A DNA stretch of 64,000 nt from Endomicrobiales bacterium (GTDB lineage Bacteria > Elusimicrobiota > Endomicrobiia > Endomicrobiales > JALOBY01), in contig CAWCNJ010000008.1 in the NCBI GenBank assembly GCA_963796955.1, forward strand, positions 128,001 to 192,000, in the 5' to 3' direction. Below, piece after piece: positions 1 to 9,240 of the stretch (positions are counted from its first letter, which is position 1; each line of letters begins with the position of its first letter). A model generated the notes under the pieces. It was not told where the DNA came from, did no database searches, and saw only the letters and a list, made by a program, of their open reading frames with translations. Both the position numbers and the translations under genes were made by a program.

Positions 1-1
1 T

Positions 2-679
2 GCGTTGTTAGGAATGATATTCTTTATGGTGCCACGGTTCAAATCGTTATTTGCTCAGTTTGGAGCTGAATTGCCGCTCCCCACAAAAATAACCGTGGCA
101 ATCAGCGATACGCTTATTCATAATGCGCCGTTTGCATTTCTCATTGTGGGGGCAATAGTTGCTTTTTTCCTTTATGTTAACAAAACACCAAAGGGTAAAT
201 TGTTCTTTGATAATAGCAAACTTAAAATACCCATTTTCGGTCCCATGCTCATAAAGATCGTTATGGCTCGTTTTTTTCAGACGTTAGCTACACTTATTAA
301 AAGCGGTAACGATATTGTGTCGTCTCTTGATATTTCCGCCAAGACAACTGATAATATGTTCATGGAAAAAATAGTTGACCAGATCAAAACTCGTGTAGTC
401 GAAGGCTCGACATTGTCTGAAGAGTTAGGAAAGCATCCTATTTTTCCTGCTATGGTAGTTAGAATGGCGGCTGTCGGTGAAAAATCCGGACAGCTTGATG
501 AATTGTTTTACCGTGTTTCAGAATACTACAACGATGAGGTCGACGCAATAGTGGCATCTATGAGCGCCGTTATAGAACCAGTTTTAATTGTTGTTATGGG
601 GGGGCTTGTGGGGACATTTATTATAACGATGTATTTGCCAATTTTCAAAATTGCCGGTGCAGTTCTGGGTAAACAGTGA
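2..679 (+). CDS. pilC: Type IV pilus/T2SS inner-membrane platform protein PilC/GspF, C-terminal part (5' truncated by window)
   Basis: LPLPT after a TM helix, [12 protein letters not shown]...MYLPIF; homologous to the PilC at 62450. Confidence 0.9.
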   Translation, partial: ALLGMIFFMVPRFKSLFAQFGAELPLPTKITVAISDTLIHNAPFAFLIVGAIVAFFLYVNKTPKGKLFFDNSKLKIPIFGPMLIKIVMARFFQTLATLIKSGNDIVSSLDISAKTTDNMFMEKIVDQIKTRVVEGSTLSEELGKHPIFPAMVVRMAAVGEKSGQLDELFYRVSEYYNDEVDAIVASMSAVIEPVLIVVMGGLVGTFIITMYLPIFKIAGAVLGKQ

Positions 680-750
680 GTATTATTCAACGGGAGGAAC
701 GTATGATTAAGGGTAGCATGTGTGCAAAAAATTCAACAGGAGGTAATGAA

Positions 751-1218
751 ATGAGACTAAAAAAATCTCAAGGTTTCACTCTGATTGAGCTGGTTATCGT
801 TATAATAATAATTGCTATATTAGCAATTATTGCTGTGCCAACGTATCGAAATTACACTCGTAGGTCAATGGTGGCTGAAGGAAAAAGCCTTGTGGGTGCT
901 GTTGCGACCGCCCAAAAGCTCTATTACACTGAGCATAGTGCATATTTTGGTGACGGCAGTGTTCCGTACACAGGTGTCGATGCTGCAGGAGTTCCTGATA
1001 TTTTGGGGATAGATTGCCGTGCAAATAAGTACTTCATTCATTATTGGACTTCTAATAATGGGACTTCAGGCTTAGCTTCAACCTTCAATATTGATACCGG
1101 TGCGGTAGCTGCTCCCAGTGATGCTGCTGGATTGCAGGTCCTTCTGCAAACTGCTTCACCATCTAGTCCCGGTACACTTGTCGTTCAAGACGCTGGTGTG
1201 CAAATGCCTGGGTGGTAG
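751..1218 (+). CDS. Type IV pilin (PilE/PilA-like)
   Basis: Class III signal [35 protein letters not shown] before ATG 751 (the track start at 676 is probably too long). Confidence 0.9.
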   Translation: MRLKKSQGFTLIELVIVIIIIAILAIIAVPTYRNYTRRSMVAEGKSLVGAVATAQKLYYTEHSAYFGDGSVPYTGVDAAGVPDILGIDCRANKYFIHYWTSNNGTSGLASTFNIDTGAVAAPSDAAGLQVLLQTASPSSPGTLVVQDAGVQMPGW

Positions 1219-1305
1219 ATGGTGATTTGGGTACGGCAAAACACGGATAGAGTCTAAACTCTTGACAAGATATTTTGTTAACACTGAAACGATTGGAATG
1301 AATTG

Positions 1306-2316
1306 ATGATCGGCTTAGATATAGGTTCATACTATATTAAATTATGTTCTATTGAACGGCGCGGGCCTGGCATTAATGTCAGTCTTGCGATGATGGTGCG
1401 TAATGCGATCTCTCCACAGGGCGGTAAACATGATCATGAAGTATCTGCGATCGTCAACAAGCTGATTCGCAAGGCCGACCTCAGCGAGGGTAATGTTGCT
1501 TTTTCCGCCAGTGCTCGCAATGTCGTTTCGCGTAACTTCGAGTTCCCTAAGATGACGAATGAAGAGCTTAAGGGGGCGGTGCAGTTTGAGGCCGCCCAGG
1601 CAAGTTCTTTGAAAACAGGCGAAATGTATTCAGATTTTGTCGTTTTAACTACGGATGCGCCGAAGCTGGATGAGGTGCTGTATGTTGCGGCTCCGAAGAA
1701 CGAAATTGAAAGCTGTATACAGATAGTCCGAAAAGCAGGATTTACGCCGTCAGCATGCGATATAGGTAATATCGCTTTGGCGAATAGCTTTTGGACTTTT
1801 GACCCTAACCCTTCCAAAGAATCGGTCGTGATGGTGGACATCGGGCACAGCACATCCAACATTTCAATTGTCGACAACGACGAATTGCGTTTTGTTCGTT
1901 CCATAGAATGCGGCGGCCGGGATATAACAAAAGAAATATCTCATCATCTTGGTGTGTCAATGGACCTTGCCGAATCAATTAAGCGTAAGCCTGAAATGTG
2001 GAACTCGCTCGGGTTAAATATGACCAACATTCTTAAAAAAAGCCTGCCGGATATGCTGGAAGGTTTGTATAGGTCGGTCGAGTATTGTATGACCAGGAAA
2101 AAATTGCCTTTTGTAGACCAGATACTGGTAACCGGCGGTTCATCTTCATTGCTGGGAATTGAAAATTTCATTACCGAGTCATTGGGTTTTCGTACTAAAA
2201 AGTGGAATCCGCTTGTGCAGTCTGATGTAAATATTCCTGCGTATAAACAATGGGGCCAATTTCTCGGCGTAGCGCTGGGGCTGGCGGTAAGACATGAAAA
2301 GACTGCTAGAACTTAA
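1306..2316 (+). CDS. pilM: PilM-like actin-fold pilus assembly protein
   Basis: IGLDIGSYYIK, VDIGHSTSN, GGRDIT, VTGGSS..LG, ALGLAVR. Confidence 0.88.
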   Translation: MIGLDIGSYYIKLCSIERRGPGINVSLAMMVRNAISPQGGKHDHEVSAIVNKLIRKADLSEGNVAFSASARNVVSRNFEFPKMTNEELKGAVQFEAAQASSLKTGEMYSDFVVLTTDAPKLDEVLYVAAPKNEIESCIQIVRKAGFTPSACDIGNIALANSFWTFDPNPSKESVVMVDIGHSTSNISIVDNDELRFVRSIECGGRDITKEISHHLGVSMDLAESIKRKPEMWNSLGLNMTNILKKSLPDMLEGLYRSVEYCMTRKKLPFVDQILVTGGSSSLLGIENFITESLGFRTKKWNPLVQSDVNIPAYKQWGQFLGVALGLAVRHEKTART

Positions 2317-2875
2317 CCTTATCCAAGACAGACTTGTTCAGCAGAAACAAACTATGAAGCTCCTCGGATATATACGAAGGGGATACATAGTCTGTTTTAT
2401 GGTTTTTATCGGCCTTGTAGCAACCGTCGCTGCGATAGGGTTGCAGTGTTCAAAATGTCGTTCAAAAATAACATCGATAAAAAACAGTATCAAAGCTGAG
2501 CGTAAAGAGTACGGAATTGAACAGCTTGAAAATGAATGGAAAGGCTACGTAACACAAATGGGTCAAATAGAGAATTCCCTTGCAAAACGCACCTCTATAG
2601 CGGTGATGCTCAGCGAGCTTTCAAGGGATCTGCCTGCAAATGCCAGGATCACTAACTTTTCAGCAGATACGAACACCGGCGTTAATGTAAAACTGGATCT
2701 GCTTGTCTCTGATAAGGGACAATTAAGCATGGAATCTGTAATAGGCTTTCTTGACACGCTTAAGAAAAATCCGGTTTTCGGCGAGCACGTTAAAGTAGAT
2801 TCACAAGAAAAAGCAGGTTCTTCCGACCGAGACGCAACAGGCGAGATATACAAAATCTCGATACAAAAACAATAA
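2294..2875 (+). CDS. pilN: PilN-like alignment protein
   Basis: ELNLI N-terminus (INLL-like), TM helix, coiled coil, LSELSRDLP; follows pilM. Confidence 0.7.
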   Translation: MKRLLELNLIQDRLVQQKQTMKLLGYIRRGYIVCFMVFIGLVATVAAIGLQCSKCRSKITSIKNSIKAERKEYGIEQLENEWKGYVTQMGQIENSLAKRTSIAVMLSELSRDLPANARITNFSADTNTGVNVKLDLLVSDKGQLSMESVIGFLDTLKKNPVFGEHVKVDSQEKAGSSDRDATGEIYKISIQKQ

Positions 2876-3792
2876 TGGATAAATTTGATATAAACGATGT
2901 TGTCAGGAAATATGAATGGGGAATGCCTGCGCTTTTTCTTGTATTGGGCATAGTGCTGATAGGATTATTCGTTCAGGTTTTTTTGTTGCCGAAATTTGCG
3001 GAGTTAAGGCAGGTTAAACACCAGGTCGCTCTTGAATCTGACAGGCTTTCACAGTATCGGGACCTGAAGTCTTTTACGTCAAAGCTTGGGGAGCAGAAGC
3101 AAAAGATAACAAACATCCTCGCAAACCAGGATATTAACCCTGGCAATATAAACGATACTTTAGAAGGAATATCAGCCTTGGCTTCCGCTGCTGGAATCAA
3201 GCTGGATAACATATCCGCGGATTCAGGAGTTGACGGTCAGGTCTGGAACCTTTCGTTCAGTGCAGATTCTAGACAAATGGTAAGTTTTATCGGCATTTTA
3301 GAACGAAATTATAAGATCAAGACATTCTCGGCTGGTGGCGGTAAGGAAATTCCGCATATTACTATTGCAATTATTAGTATCAACGGTTCGCATGTGAAAA
3401 ACAATCAAGGTACGGCAGTTATCGATACCAGCGGCGAGCTTTATGACCTCGGCCAAAAGGCTACGATGCACCTGTCAGAGATCGAAAAATTGCCAGCGAG
3501 CCGGCCGGTTATTGAAGTGAAACGGGATCTTTTCTCCGACCGGATGATAGAAGACCCTGCGAAACAGATAGTAAAAAAACCAGAACCAAAAAAACCGCGT
3601 ATACCGGCAATGCATTTAAGTTCCATAAGTTGGGATCCGGAAACTCCCGTGGCTGTAATAGAAAATATGGTGCTGAAGGAAGGCGACACATATAATGGGA
3701 TTCACGTGGTTAAGATCAATAGGAAGAGTGTTCATATCAAATGGCACGAAATAGACGCTACTTTAGAATTACATAAACAGAAAGGAGAATAA
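2875..3792 (+). CDS. PilO-like protein fused to a PilP/GspC-HR-like C-terminal domain
   Basis: TM helix, coiled coil and ferredoxin-like segment; C-terminal LSSISW...AVIENMVLKEGD...VVKINRKSV; lies between pilN and the secretin. Confidence 0.55.
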   Translation: MDKFDINDVVRKYEWGMPALFLVLGIVLIGLFVQVFLLPKFAELRQVKHQVALESDRLSQYRDLKSFTSKLGEQKQKITNILANQDINPGNINDTLEGISALASAAGIKLDNISADSGVDGQVWNLSFSADSRQMVSFIGILERNYKIKTFSAGGGKEIPHITIAIISINGSHVKNNQGTAVIDTSGELYDLGQKATMHLSEIEKLPASRPVIEVKRDLFSDRMIEDPAKQIVKKPEPKKPRIPAMHLSSISWDPETPVAVIENMVLKEGDTYNGIHVVKINRKSVHIKWHEIDATLELHKQKGE

Positions 3793-3798
3793 CCCGCA

Positions 3799-5136
3799 AT
3801 GAAAAGGACACTGCTTTCGACAATGATCTGCTTTATGGCGTTTTTACTGGCCCAGGGTTTTATTTCGACCGCCGGAGCAGAGGAGGGAGACGACGAAGCC
3901 CCGGTAAGCTCTGGGGCAGGTTCTCCAAAAAGATTGATAACTCTCCAGTTTCCTGAAACTCCGTTAAATACCGTGCTTGATGTGCTGAGCATTAAAACAG
4001 GCAAAAAGTTTATAACCGATATTGAACTGGCAAAAAAGAAAGTGTTGTTGAATTTGCGGGATGTTACGGCGGAAGAAGCGCTTAATGCCCTTCTCGATAC
4101 CAACAACTTGTATTATATTCGCCAAAGTGAGACAAGTAATATATATGTGATAAAAAGTAAACCTGATCAAGGCCAGCCTTTGTTCTCACAGCAAATATTC
4201 TTCCTGAGCTTTGCCGGGGCTAAGGAACTTGAACCGACGATTAAGCAGAAATTAAGTAAGAATGGACAGGTGAGTGTCGATGAACGTACCAATAGTCTTG
4301 TTGTTTCAGATACCGGCGACAATCTTGATAAGATCAGCTCTATATTAAAGGCATTAGACATACCTACTTTGCAGGTGCAGCTGGAGGCTAAAATAGTTGA
4401 AGTTAAGCTAGATGCCGGCCTACAGATGGGTGTGAATATCGGAAGCCTTGGCCATAATGATAAGTACTATACGGATCCTTTGAGCTTATTCTATAAAAAC
4501 AATTATGGAACGAAAGATACCGTAATACCGGTTACAGCAGTGCATCCGGAATATAATTATGCTCAGACTTTCGCCCCAGGGCTTGGCTCAGGAAGCGGCG
4601 TTTTCTCGTTCGCGATAATCCACGACAATTTGAACCTTCAGGGTGATATCGAAGCATCGAAAACCGACACTAACACGCAATTATTGACTAACCCCAGATT
4701 GCTCGTAATGAACAACAACGAGGCGACTATTGATATCGTCGATGAAGTTCCTTACCAACAGGCAACGGTTGCTAACGGCGCCACTACTGAATCAACAATG
4801 TTTAAAGATGTAGGTATAAAATTAAAGGTTAAACCGCAGATAAATCGCGACGGTACTATAATTCTTACCGTAGCGCCGGAAAACAGTTTCCTTAACGGAA
4901 CGACTGCAGACAACATACCGATAATAAACACAACAAAGGCAAGTACGGTATTTATAATGAAGGACGGTGAAACAGCTGTGATCGGTGGGCTTATCAGCGA
5001 AACAAAAAGCAATACAGAGATAAAGGTGCCTTTGCTGGGCGATATTCCGATCATAGGCTATCTGTTTAAGAAGAAAAGCACTGATAAACAGCGCGCGGAA
5101 TTGACCATATTCATTAAAGCCAAGATAATGCAATAA
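3799..5136 (+). CDS. pilQ: Secretin PilQ/GspD (short form)
   Basis: Signal peptide, DERTNSLVV N3 domain, QVQLEAKIVEV, GIKLKVKPQIN, KVPLLGDIPIIGYLFK. Confidence 0.92.
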   Translation: MKRTLLSTMICFMAFLLAQGFISTAGAEEGDDEAPVSSGAGSPKRLITLQFPETPLNTVLDVLSIKTGKKFITDIELAKKKVLLNLRDVTAEEALNALLDTNNLYYIRQSETSNIYVIKSKPDQGQPLFSQQIFFLSFAGAKELEPTIKQKLSKNGQVSVDERTNSLVVSDTGDNLDKISSILKALDIPTLQVQLEAKIVEVKLDAGLQMGVNIGSLGHNDKYYTDPLSLFYKNNYGTKDTVIPVTAVHPEYNYAQTFAPGLGSGSGVFSFAIIHDNLNLQGDIEASKTDTNTQLLTNPRLLVMNNNEATIDIVDEVPYQQATVANGATTESTMFKDVGIKLKVKPQINRDGTIILTVAPENSFLNGTTADNIPIINTTKASTVFIMKDGETAVIGGLISETKSNTEIKVPLLGDIPIIGYLFKKKSTDKQRAELTIFIKAKIMQ

Positions 5137-5145
5137 AAGGGTATA

Positions 5146-5700
5146 ATGGCAAACAACGCGAAGGCTAATATACTGATCATAGATGATGAACAAGGCGTTA
5201 GAGATACTCTGGCACCTATGCTTGAAGAGGCGGGCTATTTTGTAGGCTGCTGTGAAGACGGTGCCAACGCGGTAGAGATGGCGCGTCGCACGTTTTACGA
5301 CGTGATAATCGTCGATTACCGGTTGCCAGACACGAACGGGCTTAAATTAATAAAAGATATATTGCTTGTATCAGCGGAGTCTGTGCCTATTATCATTTCC
5401 GGTTCAAGTTCCATAGAGATCGCGGTAGCAGCAATGAGGATGGGCGCCCATGATTATCTGGTCAAACCCATAAACAGTAACGATCTTTTGGCTATAATAG
5501 CTACCATACTTGAAGAGCGGGCAGCATTTGTCAGAGGGAAGAACAACCGGGAGCAGGCGATCAAACAGTTAGGTAAAGTTGCGCCGGATCCCGGTATTAT
5601 AACGATAGTTCAAAACAAATCCGGCTCTTCTGTTGTTGCCAGTAAGGGGTTAGTCGATGGTTTGGCTAAACAGATAAAACGCTATTTTTATCCAGTTTAA
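5146..5700 (+). CDS. Response regulator (REC domain plus short C-terminal tail)
   Basis: ILIIDDE, IIVDYRLPDTNG, GAHDYLVKP. Confidence 0.85.
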   Translation: MANNAKANILIIDDEQGVRDTLAPMLEEAGYFVGCCEDGANAVEMARRTFYDVIIVDYRLPDTNGLKLIKDILLVSAESVPIIISGSSSIEIAVAAMRMGAHDYLVKPINSNDLLAIIATILEERAAFVRGKNNREQAIKQLGKVAPDPGIITIVQNKSGSSVVASKGLVDGLAKQIKRYFYPV

Positions 5701-5713
5701 CAAGAGGCGCCTA

Positions 5714-6574
5714 ATGAAAATGATCATGGTAAAACTTTTTTGTGCAGCGAGCGTTCTTTTGTTGATAACAACGATATCCAGCGCAGTATTGTCAGAAAAA
5801 GATACTACAGGGCTGTCGAAGATGAGAGTAACACAACCAAAAAGAACCGCGCCTGTTCAAATCCCCACAACGCCAACCGTAGACAACAGGATATCAATAG
5901 CCGATTCACCCTATACACAGGATCGCTACCTCTACAAAGCAAGGAAGGCGTTTTCGATCGGTAACCTGCAGGCCGCCGATGTGTATGTAGGGAAATCATT
6001 GCGTACTTATAAGGATAACAAACCTGCACAATTGTTTAAACAAAAAGTTGACGCGGTTAAACAGCAGATGGAGCAGGAACGCCTTTCTATGGCCCGTGAA
6101 TATTACATCGATGCGAAGCACCTCTACAGGAAGGGTTTGGTACTGGACTCGATGCTGCAGAACAAGAAATCCCTGCTGCTTGAGCCGGCATCAAAAGATG
6201 CGCAAAGGCTGAATGAAGATATTGTGACATCGTTGAGAAAGATGACGGAGAGTATAAACGAGGACTATCGAAAGAAATTCAGAAAAGCAGTGCAATATTT
6301 TATCGATGGTAATATAGATAAATCTGAACGATACTTCAGGATGCTTGAAAATCAGACGAGCACCGCCGATTATCTTCTTCCGATCGTTATTTCGCATCGT
6401 TCCGACAAAGTCAACCAGGAACGCTCGAATGATTATTATGAACAGGCTATTGATCAACTGAATGAAACAAGGTACAGCAAAGCCAAAGATGCGTTATCCA
6501 TAGCGCTTCAAATGGACAAGGACAATATTGATGCACGCTTATTACTGATCCTGGTAAATATTTTGGATCAATAA
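5714..6574 (+). CDS. Exported TPR-like protein (possible pilotin or assembly factor)
   Basis: Sec signal peptide; helical repeats such as YYEQAIDQL...ALQMDKDN. Confidence 0.6.
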   Translation: MKMIMVKLFCAASVLLLITTISSAVLSEKDTTGLSKMRVTQPKRTAPVQIPTTPTVDNRISIADSPYTQDRYLYKARKAFSIGNLQAADVYVGKSLRTYKDNKPAQLFKQKVDAVKQQMEQERLSMAREYYIDAKHLYRKGLVLDSMLQNKKSLLLEPASKDAQRLNEDIVTSLRKMTESINEDYRKKFRKAVQYFIDGNIDKSERYFRMLENQTSTADYLLPIVISHRSDKVNQERSNDYYEQAIDQLNETRYSKAKDALSIALQMDKDNIDARLLLILVNILDQ

Positions 6575-6575
6575 T

Positions 6576-6986
6576 ATGCGTATAAATGCCCAATCGAACT
6601 ATCGCGGCACAACTCTTATAGAAGTGATCATCGCAATGATCATATTTTCAGTTCTTATGCTTGGTGGTATGAGTTTTTTTGTGTTCGCGAGGAAATTCTC
6701 GACTAACGCTAAACAGGAAATGATTGCAGTGTATAGGGCAAGATGTGCCATTGATCAAGCGATGACCTATAAATGGACAACTATGGATCCGGCTGTGCCT
6801 TATGGCGGAACATTCACTACAGCTGATGGAACAACATATACGCGAAGCGGTATATGGACAATTGTCCCCTATGGCTCAGGTTCTACAAATCTCAAACAAT
6901 TACACTATTCTCTCACCTGGACAGGGCAGCCGCCTTCAGAGGTTGTTGACTATGATGTGCTAATTGCTGAACCGAAGGTGAACTAA
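6576..6986 (+). CDS. Minor pilin, PilV-like
   Basis: YRG|TTLIEVIIAMIIF prepilin motif with E5. Confidence 0.8.
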   Translation: MRINAQSNYRGTTLIEVIIAMIIFSVLMLGGMSFFVFARKFSTNAKQEMIAVYRARCAIDQAMTYKWTTMDPAVPYGGTFTTADGTTYTRSGIWTIVPYGSGSTNLKQLHYSLTWTGQPPSEVVDYDVLIAEPKVN

Positions 6987-7535
6987 ATGAGAGTTCTCAG
7001 AAGTAAGGGAATGACATTGATAGAATTGCTCGTGACGATCGTCATAACAAGCGTTTTGGTTGTAACTGTGGGCTCGTTAATGATACGAACATATTCATCA
7101 TGGCTAAGTGAGTCAGCTCGCATAGAAATTGACAATGATGTCAGGTATTTTGAAAAGTCCTTAGGCCGCACATTCAGGAATTCCACAACCGATCTCGCGA
7201 CTCTTAGCCAAACCACGAATCCTAACGACACCGTAAGTTTTACTTCTATCGAGTCAGGTGCTGCTTTAGTACATGATTACAAACTTGAAGGGAAATTACT
7301 CCGTCACTATACTCATTTCGCATCAGGTACTACATTCGAGACAGTAGCAAACAACGTAACCTTGCTGGAGTTCAGCTGGGTTGGTATGGTAACGAGTACA
7401 ACTTGCCTAAAAGTGAATTTACAAATAAATAAAACCCTGCCAGGAGGCGGAATATACGATACCGGGATATTGTCCTTTATGTTCAAGAGCCGAAACAGAG
7501 GAAGAGGTGACCGCTCAGATGAACATACAAAGTGA
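6987..7535 (+). CDS. Minor pilin, PilW-like
   Basis: SKG|MTLIELLVTIVI prepilin motif. Confidence 0.8.
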   Translation: MRVLRSKGMTLIELLVTIVITSVLVVTVGSLMIRTYSSWLSESARIEIDNDVRYFEKSLGRTFRNSTTDLATLSQTTNPNDTVSFTSIESGAALVHDYKLEGKLLRHYTHFASGTTFETVANNVTLLEFSWVGMVTSTTCLKVNLQINKTLPGGGIYDTGILSFMFKSRNRGRGDRSDEHTK

Positions 7536-9138
7536 TCGTGGAGTAATATTGCTGCTGGTAGTGATTTTTGCGCTTATACTCAGCACAATAGGTGTTGCTA
7601 CTATTCAATACGCTGGTGAGCAAAAACAAGTAGCGATCATGGAACTTGCCGAAGCGAGGGTTGATCTTGTTGCTGAGTCCGGAATCGAATATGCAAAAGC
7701 ATGGATAACCGACCATTGTATCAACCAAAATCAATTTCCCGAGAATTTTACTAATAATAGCAGTTCATTTATAGCTGATTCGATTGGGCACTCGATACAG
7801 ACTAGTGGTTCATATACCGGATTATTCATTCCCAGGATAACGCCTGATCCAGCTAACACTGTCAGTGTTATCATCGGTAATGCAGTCCGGTCTACTTTTG
7901 GTTCTTACACAATAACCTCCGAAGCCTGGGTCTATTCCACTGAAATGACATCGGGAGCGAATGGTCTGCCCATTTCAGGCGCGTTAGTAACTAAAAAGAC
8001 CAAGACAACAAAAGTTCAGCTTTGGCGGGGGGGGAGATTCACTCAAGTTGGAAATATGGCGTCCTGGAGTTGTAATATAACACCCATCAGGCGGAACGAT
8101 GGTGCAATCGTTCTTATAAAAGGGGATCGAAACATTGAGCTTTATAACCCAACAACCAAATTGTTCTCTCCATTAGGTGTAACAGTTACAGATGTTATGT
8201 GGCCAGCTTACGGTAATCCGATAGGTGGGATTGCAAGAACAAGTTCAGGAAAAGTTCTCATATCATGCTTGAGCAATGGAGGTGCCTGCAATGGATGCAA
8301 TATTTATGATTCAGACATGAATACAATTTATGTTTCGACCCCTCTATGTGTGGGCAGGCAAGGCCCTTTGTGTGTTGCACTGCCTGGGACAGAAAAAGTA
8401 TTGATAGCCGGGGGCAAAAGTCCTGGCGGACTTGGTGTAGCTATTAACGATGCTGAGATATATGACGTGGTTAACAACACATCAACCGTTATCAATTCTA
8501 TGAATGCTAATAGACTTTACGCAACTGCAGTAATGTTGGCTGACGGAAGAGTTCTGATCTCTGGAGGTTTTGATGCCACAAATCATGATCAGACTTCTCA
8601 AGAAATATTCGATCCGGTTTCACTGACGTTTACACCAACGCATAACATGATGGTTTCAAGATCATCACATCTTGCTACGTTGCTCGATGATGGAAGTGGA
8701 AGGGTTTTGATCCTTGGAGGTTCTACTGATATTACAAAATGGCTTCAAACGGAATTGTTCAGTCCTTTTTCAGCATCTGATATCGATTCCGGCTTGATGA
8801 ACAAAACTCGAATGAAAATTGCTGATACCCTGACATTGCTGCCAAGTGGACAGGCTTTTATGCAGGGGAATCCTGGATGGGGTAACCCGATAACGATAGA
8901 AATGTATGAGGCTAATCGAAATGTTTTTGTCAAGGGGTTCGCCCTTGGAGCAAAATTTGCCAGGAGCAACTGTTCCGTTGCCCAACGCTTAGACGATGGC
9001 ACCGTACTGATTGTTGGCGGTTCTGATCCTGGCGGAAATCCAATTCCGACAGGTGAGCTTTTTACATCCTATGTGGTTGATTATTATCCTGACAACACCT
9101 ATTCCGAAGGCCCGGTAATACGTTCGATTGCACCATAA
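7519..9138 (+). CDS. PilX/GspK-like minor pilin fused to a Kelch (galactose-oxidase-type) beta-propeller
   Basis: DRG|VILLLVVI without E5, AESGIEYA; repeats KVLIAGG..AEIYD, LADGRVLISGG..EIFDP, GRVLILGG, LDDGTVLIVGG; GAGGTG before ATG 7519. Confidence 0.75.
   Translation: MNIQSDRGVILLLVVIFALILSTIGVATIQYAGEQKQVAIMELAEARVDLVAESGIEYAKAWITDHCINQNQFPENFTNNSSSFIADSIGHSIQTSGSYTGLFIPRITPDPANTVSVIIGNAVRSTFGSYTITSEAWVYSTEMTSGANGLPISGALVTKKTKTTKVQLWRGGRFTQVGNMASWSCNITPIRRNDGAIVLIKGDRNIELYNPTTKLFSPLGVTVTDVMWPAYGNPIGGIARTSSGKVLISCLSNGGACNGCNIYDSDMNTIYVSTPLCVGRQGPLCVALPGTEKVLIAGGKSPGGLGVAINDAEIYDVVNNTSTVINSMNANRLYATAVMLADGRVLISGGFDATNHDQTSQEIFDPVSLTFTPTHNMMVSRSSHLATLLDDGSGRVLILGGSTDITKWLQTELFSPFSASDIDSGLMNKTRMKIADTLTLLPSGQAFMQGNPGWGNPITIEMYEANRNVFVKGFALGAKFARSNCSVAQRLDDGTVLIVGGSDPGGNPIPTGELFTSYVVDYYPDNTYSEGPVIRSIAP
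8027..8034 (+). repeat. Poly-G (G8) homopolymer inside the PilX-Kelch gene
   Basis: tggc-gggggggg-agattc. Confidence 0.9.
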
Positions 9139-9240
9139 TGAAGGGCTTTGACGAAGTCCGCTTGAATACTGAATAAATAAAGGAGAAATAGTATATAGGG
9201 TTGGTTGTTATTGACCCTTAACCTATATATTACAAAGGAT

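Noticed and set aside
598..604. G7 in the left pilC (and G7 at 41237-41243 in tamB)
   Set aside because: Shorter runs explained by Gly-Gly codons; slippage would only break core genes.
1230..1262. c-di-GMP-I riboswitch-like words (GGCAAA...GTCTAA) after the first pilin
   Set aside because: Too short, with no GNRA P2 stem or ACGCAAAG core.
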